A stretch of 49,616 bases of DNA from Octopus bimaculoides (taxonomy: Eukaryota), in assembly GCF_001194135.2 (NCBI RefSeq), contig NC_068993.1:42170271-42219886 (forward strand). Reading direction: 5' to 3'. This document shows positions 25,036 to 37,598 of the stretch, piece by piece. How positions within the stretch are numbered: the first letter of the stretch is position 1; each line of letters begins with the position of its first letter. A program made the position numbers and the translations under genes. The notes below the pieces were generated by a model. It saw nothing but the letters and a program-made list of their open reading frames with translations, ran no database searches and was not told where the DNA came from.

Positions 25036-26264
25036 CGTTTGAAATTTGTTTAAAACAGTTTACTGGTGATTGTTGATATTTGAAACAGGAAAACCTAGGT
25101 TTCTCGACAGATTTTTTTTTTTTTCAGTAAAATTAATATTTATAAAGACATTATATCTTAGCAGAATATTTCATTATTAGGATATAGAATTTGTCAGCGA
25201 CACAATGTTGTTGCTGCTTTTTTTATATAGATAAATAGATTAGACAGTTTCACTCAGAAAGCGTCGTACTTCTAGCTGATGGAATATAATTTAGGCTTCT
25301 GAGCTTCTGAAATACAATTTGCTTGCTATTACACATTAAATTAATATTGATTGAACGTGCATACAAAATAGGATAAATATTTAGTATCTGGAGACAATGA
25401 GAGTTCAGTAAATTAATGAGTAAGACTTTGCAATGATTAAAAATAATTATTCTTCCTTGTGTAAGATCAGGTGAAATTTATTTTCAATACTGAAGTCATA
25501 TATGACGCATATGACAAATCTGTGCACCAGTTAACATACTCTCTATCCACACAGTGTTTGTTTCTCTATTCATCTACCCAGCAGCTAGTTAAAATGGAAC
25601 AATAATCAAACTGCTAGTAAACGTAGTAACAGTAATTATGTCTTCTAGAAGTAGTAGCAAAAGTTGTTTCTGAAACAGACATAATACTAGGAAATTATAT
25701 AATAAAAAAAGGTATAACAAAAGTAGAAAACTATTACATTCATGGTGCCAAGTTATCTGGATCGCCAATGGACGAATCAGCGTGTGTTGCTATTAGTAGA
25801 AGAGTGGGACTTTTAATACGTTTGTCAGAATAATTCTAAATATACAGTTCCTTTCCTTCAATATGTATCAAATCTTAAATACTAAACTTTATATCCACAA
25901 TTTAAATGGAATGTTTTCAACTTTTATTTTAGTGAATTATTGCTCCTGTGGTGTTTAAATGATTATCCCATGTGATAAAAGCTATTAATCGTACTGGCGT
26001 TAGGGAGAGTAGATTGGGCAGAATTGTTAGAGTGATGGTCAAAATGACCTGTGATGATTATTCTGGATCTTTTTGTTTTGAGTTTAAATCACACTGAAGT
26101 CAGTTATTCCTCCAAGTTCAATAAAGTAAACTGATTTTCAGAACCTAAGGATTTAATCGATAAAATTTCTTACCTACATTTTCTTTGTTATAAACAGTAA
26201 TTTTTTATCTTAGAAAATGCATCCTGAAACATCATGAACCTCACTCATATATCCGTTAGTTTTC

Positions 26265-26400
26265 TTCTACAAAATCCACTCACAAGGCTTTGGTCTGCCC
26301 GAGGCTATAGTAGAAGACACATGCCCGAAGTGTCAGTCGGACTGATCCCGGAACCATGTGGCTGGGTACCAAGCTTTCTACAACTTAGCCACGCTTATGC
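26265..26400 (-). mobile_element. SINE family B, 5' part
   Basis: CAAAATCCACTCACAAGGCTTTGGTC...CCCGGAACCATGTGG. Confidence 0.85.
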
Positions 26401-26925
26401 CTTTAATTTATTATTCGTAGAGACATCATAAACGCTATGTAGACACCTCGTCAGAATTTTTAGTCAGAAGTTTTTGTTGATAAAGTTAAGTACATCATCA
26501 CAGATATTTATCGTAAAAAGAGCATAACAATATTGTACTCTTTGTTTACAGCGGAATATCAATTTCAGAAAATTTCCTTGCTTTCTCTGTTGAACCTCTT
26601 TTCGCTTTAATCACATCTTTGTAATAGATGTGAGCTAAAGTGTGATTTCTGGTAGTTACTTGAAGATCGAGTTAAACCTTTCAGTAAATAAATCAGATTA
26701 TGGTATGTACGAGTGTGGGAGATATAGTAGGAAACAATTCTAGATAATTAACATTCACTTGGTGCGAAAATTATTACCAAAATAATTTAATCGTCCTTAG
26801 AATTTCTTCAGTGTTTTTTTAATCATATTTTGTTCTATATATATATATATTCTTACAAACAAACACACCTACATACATAAATGCACACATGCACACATAA
26901 ATGCACGCAAAAGTATAGTTGTGTG

Positions 26926-26971
<46 letters not shown>

Positions 26972-28798
26972 NNNNNNNNNNNNNNNNNNNNNNNNNNNNN
27001 NNNNNNNNNNNNNNNNNNNNNNNNNNNNNNNNNNNNNNNNNNNNNNNNNNNNNNNNNNNNNNNNNNNNNNNNNNNNNNNNNNNNNNNNNNATATATATAT
27101 ATATATATGTATATGTATATATATATATGTATATGTATATATGGATGTACGTACGTATGCATGTATGTATTATGTATGTATGTATGTATGTATGTATGTA
27201 TGTATGTATGAATAGAAAGCGATTTAATTAAATTCCTAGCAAATCTACGTCATAAATTGAAAATTTATTTCTAACAATGCAGAGAATAAATAATTCGTAG
27301 AAATAATAGGATGAAGGAAGACATATTTATAGTGATTTCATTTATATTTGCTTTTTTTATATTATTATTTCTGCAAAATGAAGTTTAGCAACTTCTTAGT
27401 TGATATGAGAGAGTCTCCTTTGTTGCTGCACACAATAGTTTACGTAGCTGTACACTTTTCCTTGCTTCTATTAGATACATCGTTTCTATATTGTTTGCCT
27501 TGTATGTGACTATATAAACGAGCAGTAAATTTTATAATTGCACAGAGTCTTCTATATCCGATATTGACTAAAAATCTGTGCACAAGATACATTTAAAGTA
27601 TATACAGACTGTTAAATAGATACATGGCGAAAGAAAAAGCAGCTTATATTTGGATTCATGGGGTAACAATAGACAGCAGTCCCTTATATAAGTTGTACAC
27701 GTATAGTTTTCATGCTGATGTCTAATCACCAACGTGAATATACAAACCTAGATTCTATTTATGGATAAAACAATACATACGTGGTGTATCGGTAGAGATT
27801 GGTTGAGGTAAACACTTGTATGTACGTGATCAGCATTTGAAGAATTGTGATTGTTATACTGATTTGGCCAACATTAAGCCCAGATACATGCTATTTTATT
27901 TACAAGTAGGCTCATTATACGTATTCTCTTACGTACAGAATGTGGTGGAGCTGAATTGAAAACAAAGTGACTGACAAAAGCGAGATTTTTTTTTCTTTTT
28001 GTACTTTTTCCCTTAAGCTTTAATTTCGAAAGGATGAACAGCACCCATAATGATTATTAAGATTTTTTTGTCAGATTATATGTAACAGAGTGGACTCAGC
28101 CAGAGCTAACTATAGGCCATGTAGTGGCGGTAGATTGGAGATAAATTAAGCCTACCACCCACAAAATAGGTAACAGTCTCACTTAAGTTATAACTTTTAT
28201 ATCACTGAATATAATGTTCTTTCTTTTATATGTAGATTTCATTTAACTAACAAGTGTTCTCTAAGAATACCAACATCTTAATCATCATGTACATCTTATA
28301 AGTCATCTACCTTAGAGAATACTGTGTACTGTGTAAGTCAATCTCACTATTCTTACAAATGTACTAAATATAATCACCATACAGTTTCTAAACAAAATGG
28401 TTAATGAGTTTATTGACATAAAATGGAACATTTATCCCTATTTAAACGTGAATGTTCTTTTAGAGCAAAATATACTGCGGTAGTTACCTTGAGAGGAACT
28501 GTCATTGGCTTTTAGTAGAAGATGCACTTTTGTTCACATCGCTAGTGGGCACTGTTAGAACAAACTATACTGCGATGCTTACGTGAGAGAAACTCTAATA
28601 CTGGGGTTTGGTGCAACATGTTTTAATAAACATCCACGTGTAAGTGGGGCTAAATGTTACTTCTCGGTATTAATATTGCCCCTCTCTCTAATAAATAAAT
28701 GGAACAGCCAGCAACTTAGCTGTTCTAGGACAAGGATAGTTCATAGCGAAAAAATATTTCACAAATACTTTATGTTCACATGCAGAAAACATCGTGTA

Positions 28799-28873
<75 letters not shown>

Positions 28874-29357
28874 TGTGTGTGTGCTTACATGCATATCTGT
28901 ATGCAAAGAAAAGCAAAATAAACTCAGAAACCAGTAAGTTCTTAAACAAGATTAACCCTATATGTGTACGTGTGCGTGTGTTAGTGTGTCTAATATCCAC
29001 AATCATATATGCAGTCATATATGCATATAGATATATATGTATACATACCTATATGTGAGCACGTGTGTTGTATTTTTTTGCCTCAAATTTAAGACAGCAT
29101 AATTAGAAATGTATTATAAAAATTTATCGGATTTTTGTCCTCCGCACAAATGTAAGGGATGCGCAGATCTGGACAAACCGTCTCCTTCCGTTGTATCTGC
29201 AGTATATTATAATTTAGAAAACGTTGATTTTATTGGTTTCTATGTATTCTAATATTGTGTAGGAAGCTTAAGAGCAACGGCAAAACTAGATTAGTCTGTG
29301 ATATATCTAATCTACTCTTATGAATCTGATGATTGTTTAAATCATAATGCGCTCGCT

Positions 29358-29377
29358 GACGATGATGATGATGATGG

Positions 29378-29417
<40 letters not shown>

Positions 29418-29418
29418 A
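29358..29418 (+). repeat. (GAT)n microsatellite
   Basis: Directly visible. Confidence 0.95.
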
Positions 29419-30044
29419 ATGTCGGTGATGATGGTATGTGTGTGTGTTGTTTTTTGCAAAAGTGACAGATGAAATATTACGATATTGTTCATTTTTCTTT
29501 CTGCTTTTTGCTTTTTGTTTGTTTTATTTTTCATTCTCTTTTTTTTTTAACGCAATACTACATTCTATTCTATAATAATCTGGAAATGAAACATTGTTAG
29601 TGACGAAATGCATCATCATATAGGATAGTAAGGCGACGTGTAACGTAGTGCTTGGAAGGTTTCCAAAGTATTTACATTCCATATATTAGCTAGTTTAGTG
29701 CATCAAGGCTGAATGTTATGATATTTTTGTTCTAAGGAAGTTGTATCCTCTTTTTCATAGGAGCTGCCTCTTTATTTTGATTAACTTGGAAGTAGATAAT
29801 ACACCAGGATTTCGTCGGGTTTTTAAACCACTGCCACCATCACCACCATTTAAAGCAGTGCCGATGTTTTTTTTTTACAGACGTTTCAGGGTTGGTAGAA
29901 AGACAGGAAAATAAATTATTCTCATACAAGATCTAACTCGAATCTTTGCAAGGATCAGCTAGACGTACTTAAGGAACCTTACCAGTTTTGTGTCAATGTT
30001 ACTGTAAATATGATGATTAACGGAGTTATAATTATCCTTTGCGC

Positions 30045-30445
30045 AGGAATGGCCGTGCGAGTAAGAAGCTCGCTTCGGAACGACGTGGTTTTAGGTTCAG
30101 TTACTCTGCGTGGCACATTTGGCAAGTGTCTTCTAGTATAGCCCTCTCACTACTATTGCTTTGTAAGTTTTTTGTAGATGGAAACTCAGTTGAAACCTGC
30201 TGTGTGTGTATAAATATAAATGTGTGTGTGTGTGTGTGTGTGTGTAAGTATGTTTGTGCATATGCATGTGTGTCTGTATGTTTGGAATTCCAGGGAACCG
30301 CTTAGCAACCACTGTTGGTTTCTTTCTCACCATAACTTAGCAGTTGAGTTTAATAGACCGATAAAATAAGTAGCAAATACCAAATTAAAAGCAAATAAAG
30401 TAAACACCGGGTCGAGCTGTTTGACTAAATTACTCTAAGTCAAAC
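30045..30445 (+). mobile_element. SINE family B, diverged, with internal (TG)n
   Basis: GGAATGGCCGTGCGAGTAAGAAGCTCGCTTC head, GGTTCAGTT B-box, family 3' blocks. Confidence 0.8.
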
Positions 30446-30541
30446 AAGCTAGTAGAAATGGCGGATAGTTTGTGTAGTAGAGAAAAGCTACTACAGCTGG
30501 GTCATTTACAATTCTTCTTCTTCGTTTTGTTGATGTAAGTG

Positions 30542-30632
30542 ATGATTATTGCGGTGGCAAGAGTGAAGTATATTCTAGTGCTGCTGCTGTGTTGTGTTAT
30601 AACTCGTGGAGGATGTTTATTTCTGGTAGCAG
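30542..30632 (+). CDS. Candidate first coding exon encoding a signal-peptide-like segment MIIAVARVKYILVLLLCCVITRGGCLFLVA
   Basis: ATG, basic n-region, hydrophobic core, strong phase-1 donor CAG|GTGAGG; no homology recognised. Confidence 0.3.
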
Positions 30633-30864
30633 GTGAGGAAAATGAAATACGAAGACTTTCTTAATAGCTTTTGGTTAATTATGGCCGCACGTCTTCAGCC
30701 ATGTTTGTCACAACAGAGATAAGGAGAAGAAGAAAAAGAAGAAGAAATAAGATGAATATACAAATAAAAGTGGGGCGGATTCAAAATGTACTATTACTAC
30801 TGCAACAGCTGCCGATTGTTGTTTACCATGTTATTAAACTCCATTTTCGTCGTATTTGTATTGG

Positions 30865-30869
30865 GGCTG

Positions 30870-30901
<32 letters not shown>

Positions 30902-31074
30902 GGTGGTGGTCGAGTTGTTGTTGTTTTTGGTATTGGTGGAAAGGTTGTGTGGTTGAAGGTTAGCGAAGGTGCATGTGCAATGATGTGTGAAAGTAATTGC
31001 CATGGTGCTTACGGTGACGATGACTGTGATGATGATCGGCAGCAGCATCCTCATGATCATCCTCGTCGTCGTCG

Positions 31075-31106
<32 letters not shown>

Positions 31107-31463
31107 GTCATGTTAAGGGTGGTAGTGATGGATGATCAGGATTATGATCATCATCATCATGGTTATAAAGGTGGTGAGCATGACAAGAAGGAGGACAGGG
31201 ATCTCGGTGCTGGTAATGATGATGATGATGATGATGAGAAGGAGGAGGAGGAGGAGGAGGAGAGGAGGAGAATCAGGTGTAGTAGGAAAAGGATGATGAA
31301 GGAGAACAACAACAACGAGAAGAAGAAGAAGAAGAAGAAGAAGAAGAAGAAGAGGAATAAGAAGAAAAAGAAGAAGAGGAATAAGAAGAAAAAGAAGAAG
31401 AAGAGGAAGAAGAACAAGAAGAAGAGGAATAAGAAGAAAAAGAAGAAGAAGAGGAAGAAGAAC

Positions 31464-31497
<34 letters not shown>

Positions 31498-31589
31498 AGA
31501 AGAAGAAGGGGAGCTTGTAGTTGGTGGTGATGATGGTCATGTTGCAGCTGCTGCTGCTGATGATGATGATGAAGATGATGATGATGATG

Positions 31590-31627
<38 letters not shown>

Positions 31628-31690
31628 GGCGACGACAGCACGGAGGACGATAACGACACCGACGGTGATGAGTAATAACAGTGATGCGAG
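30865..31690 (+). repeat. Mosaic of trinucleotide repeats (GTT, GGT, CGT, CAT, GAT, GAG, AAC, AAG, GCT)
   Basis: Directly visible; generates the homopolymeric ORFs. Confidence 0.95.
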
Positions 31691-32244
31691 GAACGCTCTA
31701 TCTTTAGTACGGCATTTAGAAGTGTTTATTATAGGCATTATACGATCATTACTTCCCTTCGAACTCCATCAAATGCCAAATGGGTGTAATAAGGCAAAAA
31801 TATGACCTATAATAACTGTACATCATTAGTGTACAAGTTTTATGATTAATAGACCATGTTACTCACTAAAATATAGCTATCTCTTTCAAGTTACTGTTGT
31901 CAGAGGCTGACTTTCCATTCACGTCGACGCCACTTCCACCCGGCTCCCCCGTGAACTTGTTTTACAACTAGTTCGGAAATATAATGAAGAATAATTAGAG
32001 AAGTGGGAATATTTCTAATTCTTCGATATATGCATTTATTTATTGCTTTTACCCCTTGGTTTTTCTAATGCTGGACTTGCATTCCGGTTGTCCGGTCGGC
32101 AAGACGATCATCAATCATACTCAGTAAAGACAGTTTTAGGAGAACGTTGATTGATTTGCTTCGTTTGACTAGTTACGCAGCTGTTTTTTTCATGATTGGA
32201 TAACATGGTTGGCGAGCGAACCCCAATTAAACCTATAGATTTTT

Positions 32245-32845
32245 TGTTTGAGAGAAAGAGAGAAAGACGGTGGGAAGGGGGGGAGATAAAGAGGGACAGA
32301 ATTGTGAGAGAAATAGAGGGAATGAACAAGAGAAAGAAGAACACAATCTCGTGTAAGGCTAAAGGTGAAATCCGTAAGAGAGAAAGAGAAAAAAATAAGC
32401 GATGAGGAAAGGTAAATGATTAGGAAAAATGAAGGTGAATGAGAGATAGAGTGGGCGGGGGGAACAGAGAGAGAGAGAGAAAGAGAGGGTAGAGGTGAGA
32501 GAGAAAGGAGGAGAGAGAGAGAAGGAGGAAGAGGTGAAAGAGAAAAGAAGATGACGAAGAGTAAATACAAATTAATAGGGAGAAAGAGATGACAAACAGA
32601 CAGAGAGAAATAGTTACTACCAGGGTTAAAGGTGAAACATCTGGAGAGAGGGGGAGTGAGAGAGAGACAAAGGAGAGAAAGAGATAGTGAAAGAAGAAGA
32701 GAGATGGGGAAAGAGAAGGGAGAGAGAGGACGAGTGAGGCTGAAAGAAGAAGAAGAGACGGGTGGGAGAAAGAAAGAGTGAGGAAGAAAAGGAGCAGGTG
32801 TAGACTTAAAACAAATTATTAAGGAAAGAGACAGAGGGGGACAGA

Positions 32846-32899
<54 letters not shown>

Positions 32900-32903
32900 T
32901 AGA

Positions 32904-32961
<58 letters not shown>

Positions 32962-32970
32962 TAGAGTGTG

Positions 32971-33001
<31 letters not shown>

Positions 33002-33075
33002 TAAATAACAGTATCTAAAAAGATAGATGGCGAAATGATGAATGAGAGAAAGAAAAAGAGAGAAAGAGGGAAAGC

Positions 33076-33108
<33 letters not shown>

Positions 33109-33260
33109 ATAAAGGCAGAGAAACACATAGGGAGAAGGAGAAAGCCAGAGAGAGAGAGAAAGAGGTGAGGCAGGGAGAATGTAAAGAATTCAAATGAAAC
33201 AAGTATAAATAAAACAAAGGGAAGAGAAAAAAAAAACAATATAAAAAAGAAATGAGTATG
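32245..33260 (+). repeat. ~1-kb purine-rich low-complexity tract with (AG)n
   Basis: Plus strand overwhelmingly A/G; includes a 62-bp-period duplication at ~32850-32990. Confidence 0.9.
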
Positions 33261-33700
33261 AAAGGAAAAAAAACTTTATTGCTAATAATATGCAATAGTG
33301 TGTCAGTAGAAACAACATTATTATGGGTGGGGGGTCCGACAAGGTAGAGCATTAGTTCAGGTACTATTGATTTTTATATAGGATTGAAAGTAATAATATT
33401 GAAGATCGGAAGGAAATTATATGGGAGCTAGTTAATAATATCACTGCTTATAAGGATACATGACAGTGGTTGCTTCGATTGGAATAACGACACGATAGAA
33501 ATAAAAAATGGCACTACTTATTATCGGATGTTATTACCATAAACACACATATACACGCGCACGAAAACATGTACACAATCGAACGCACACAGAGATATGT
33601 ATACATACAACAAACGAAAAGAGACACTGATTAGTATAAAGAGTGTATTTCGTATATTCACACAATGATAGAGAAAACAAATCAGGTGTATATATATGTA

Positions 33701-33742
<42 letters not shown>

Positions 33743-34246
33743 NNNNNNNNNNNNNNNNNNNNNNNNNNNNNNNNNNNNNNNNNNNNNNNNNNNNNNNNNN
33801 NNNNNNNNNNNNNNNNNNNNNNNNNNNNNNNNNNNNNNNNNNNNNNNNNNNNNNNNNNNNNNNNNNNNNNNNNNNNNNNNNNNNNNNNNNNNNNNNNNNN
33901 NNNNNNNNNNNNNNNNNNNNNNNNNNNNNNNNNNNNNNNNNNNNNNNNNNNNNNNNNNNNNNNNNNNNNNNNNNNNNNNNNNNNNNNNNNNNNNNNNNNN
34001 NNNNNNNNNNNNNNNNNNNNNNNNNNNNNNNNNNNNNNNNNNNNNNNNNNNNNNNNNNNNNNNNNNNNNNNNNNNNNNNNNNNNNNNNNNNNTTGCAGTC
34101 ATTCGTGCGCTTCCGGCAAGATAGCTTTATGAACAGGTTTTGATTCATGCTATCATGTCCAATGATGAATATTTAAGGCTACTAAAAGTTGAGCAATCAA
34201 AATTTGTGTCAACTGTAGGTAAGATTACGCACACACACACACACAC

Positions 34247-34279
<33 letters not shown>

Positions 34280-34312
34280 CACACACACACATGCACACAC
34301 ACATATGTATAT

Positions 34313-34357
<45 letters not shown>

Positions 34358-34514
34358 AGGTGATATGAATCGATTCAGGGAACGATGGAGATAATGGATG
34401 TTTGCTAGCTACATCTGCTTCGAAATATATACGAACATATTAACCGCAGTTTAAAATGTGTGTTGGGTGCCGGTGACACACACATGCCCGCTCACATACA
34501 CGATCACACACACA

Positions 34515-34612
<98 letters not shown>

Positions 34613-34705
34613 CATGCATACATGTATATATACTGGGGAAAATATATAAGCATTATTTTACTGAGGAAGTCGTTTGATATTTCGACTTCAATGTGTTAAG
34701 ATATA

Positions 34706-35320
34706 TCAAGTCATCCCATAAGTTCTGTTCGAATTTTGAATAAAGAAAACAAGTGATCAAATGTTATATTGAATTGAAATTTAATCATAAATATACTTTC
34801 CCTGATTATCTGTGACTTCCTTCCATCTATTTACAAGCTTTTTAATCCCATCAACTTAAGACATTTTGGTCTTCAAAGCAAAGAACTCTGAAATGTCAGC
34901 TTCGACCTCCTCTTGGCTTGCGAAAGTTATGTCCCCCAAACGATTCTGTAAACTGCGAAACAAATCGTAGTCTGAAGGAGCAGGTCGGGAGAATAAGGTG
35001 GACGAGGAATTTTTTCCAAACCAAGCTCTTCGACCTTCTGTGGTGTGATTTTTGCAGTGTGGGGTCACACATTGTCCTGATGAAACATCACTCCATTACG
35101 ATTCACTAAAGCGGGTCTTTTTTTCTTCAAACCTTGGTCCAAACGCTCTAATTGCTGACAGTAGACTTGAGCATTATTGATTGTTGCTTTAGGTAGTAAC
35201 AATTCAAAGTGAATTAACCCTAACCCTAATCCCACCAGATAGAGAGAAGAACCTTTTTCCCATGAAGTTCCTTCTCGGTTGTGGTTGAGCTTTTTCCCTT
35301 TTACAGACTTCGAATCTCAG
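34706..35320 (-). mobile_element. Mariner (DD34D) 3' half with terminal inverted repeat
   Basis: ELHGKKVLLSIWWD, VYCQQLERL, FHQDNV, PPYSPD-APSDYDLFRSLQN, DGIKKLVNRWKEV; terminus TA-TCAAGTCATCCCATAAG. Confidence 0.92.
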
Positions 35321-36085
35321 TGAAGTTAACTTAACCTTTCGACTTTTTCAATCAATGAAATATATCGATCTATGGGCTGTGGATTACTAGAAAACTAAGA
35401 CTATTAACTTGAATGATTTTTCAGCTCTTTAGTTTTAGGGTTCAAAAACCCAAAATCCATCGTCCACATTCAAACCACTACCTCTTATGTTCGCTGCCAT
35501 TAAGGGAATCCGATCTATTGCAAGCATACAGGCCGCGAGTTTTTCTCTCTCTGACCAAGGCCTTGTATATAGTGAGAGCGCTATCTAAAAGATAAAAACA
35601 AAATCTACGTCCATCGATCCGTCCATCTATTCATACATTCTATAATGATGACTTCATCTTGTCAGATGGCATCCATCTCATTATCCAATGTTGAAAAATC
35701 TCTCACTGCCCATGAGCAGATTCGTGACTATATGCTTCCAATAAGTTAAGTCTGCACATGACACCAATTCCCCAATGCTGCTGGACTTCAGTACAGAAAA
35801 TAAAATAACAAAATGAGGTGATGACATTTTCCATAATGGATTATGGTGACACATTGTTGTGTGAACACATAACACTTTCTAAATATACACACGTAATGTC
35901 CATAGTTAGATGACGAATGGCAAGCAAGAATAAGATGACCGGTAACGATTTCGAACGAAGATTTTATATTTTCTTCTGTCAATACGAGTTACTAACAATT
36001 TGATGTTGGAGATTAATTGTCCCAGATGATTATACAGCTAGTCCATATTCAAGCCGGAGAGTTAGGTGCAGTCATTGAACGCGCT

Positions 36086-36163
<78 letters not shown>

Positions 36164-36173
36164 TGCGTGTGTT

Positions 36174-36204
<31 letters not shown>

Positions 36205-36205
<1 letters not shown>

Positions 36206-36395
36206 CTTGACCACTAAATCTACAAGTTCTTTTTTATTCTCTCTCTGTTATTTTCTCTTATTCCTTTCTATTGAAGAGCCTAGGCTCGAATCATAAAAGA
36301 CTTTTTCACTTCCCCGAGCATGCATCGATCTAATACATCTTCTTGTTGTTCATACACCTGTCTTCGTCTTTTGTTTTTCTATAAATTTCAACTAT
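36205..36395 (+). mobile_element. Probable solo Penelope-type terminal repeat with degenerate hammerhead-like motif, ending in (TA)n
   Basis: CTTT-CTATTGA-A-GAGC(CTAG)GCTC-GAATC-ATA-AAAG follows minimal type-I hammerhead topology; between (TG)n and (TA)n. Confidence 0.55.
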
Positions 36396-36600
36396 ATATA
36401 TATATGTATATATATATGTGCAACTTTTATCTTTTACCATTTAATTCTTCTAGTTAGAGTGTGGCCATGTTGGAGAAATGATGCCAGTGAATTGACCCCA
36501 GTACTTAATTCTTATAATCCTAGTACAATTCTTATAATCCTAGTATAATTAAGTACTGACCCCAGTACTTAATTCTTATAATCCTAGTACTTATTCTGTT

Positions 36601-37555
36601 AATCCCTCAACTTCTGGAGCGTCATTAGTGAAACGTGTGGTCGACCATTGTCATGAAGAATGATTTGCACTCTTCTGCTGAACAGTCCGGGACGGAGGTG
36701 TAGCAGGTTTCCGTTCATTTTGGCAATTTAATGGTAATATATTTCTGCAGTAATGGTTTTTCCGCGTTTGAAGAAATTATAGTCGATTAGTCAAGTAGTA
36801 CACCACCAAACATAACCTTCTTTTTGAAGAGCTCGGGTTTAGGGAAGGTTTTCGGTGCTTCATTTTGGTCCAACAACTGCGAAGAACTTTTTCTATTATT
36901 GTTCAGAATTCACTTTTCATTGCAAGTTACAATACAGTCGAGAAATGGGTGGGTCTGGTAACGGGGAAGAAGCAACGAGCAAATTTCATATCTGCGCATT
37001 TTCTGATTTTCATTCAAATTGTGTGATACCCATTTGTCGAGCATTTTTGGTTTTCCGATCGCATGCAAATGGTTGCTGGCAGATCTCTGGCTAACTTGAA
37101 GTACTTTTTCCAGTTCTCGAATGGTTTTTCGTGGATCTTTCTCAATGACGGACTTTTATTGACTGGCATCGATGATAGATGGGCGTCCACTATACTCACG
37201 ATCTTCAGGGCACAGGCTTCTACTGCGAAATTAAAAAAAATTTCGACCTAACCACTCACTGGTCATTTCCTCAACTAATGTTTCGTTGATATCGCACACA
37301 GTTTCAGCTGCTTTACGTTCTCTTTTGAAGTTGAATAGCCAAATTGCTCGTACATCGCACTTTGACAGTTCCATTTCAGATGATTGTAACAATGGGGAAA
37401 AAGTATCAATGTTAATTTATTGATGAATTTGGGCAAGTCTATATCTTTATTATCAAACAATTGCAAAAAAAATGTTTAAAAAACATTCAAAACTCTGTGA
37501 AAATTCGGTACAAATTCGTCATGGTTCAACCGTTGCTTACTTTTTACTCGACTTG

Positions 37556-37556
<1 letters not shown>
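36601..37556 (-). mobile_element. Mariner (DD34D) 5' two-thirds with 5' TIR, 3'-truncated
   Basis: ATG at 37374: MELSKCDVRAIWLFNFKR...SGRPS...LDKWVSHNL...IVTCNEK*ILNNN...PKPEL...HDNGRPH; TIR TA-TCAAGTCGAGTAAAAAGTAAG. Confidence 0.92.

Positions 37557-37598
<42 letters not shown>

Noticed and set aside
1610-37556. All four Tc1/mariner relics lie on the minus strand
   Set aside because: With four elements the chance of a shared strand is 1 in 8; not significant.
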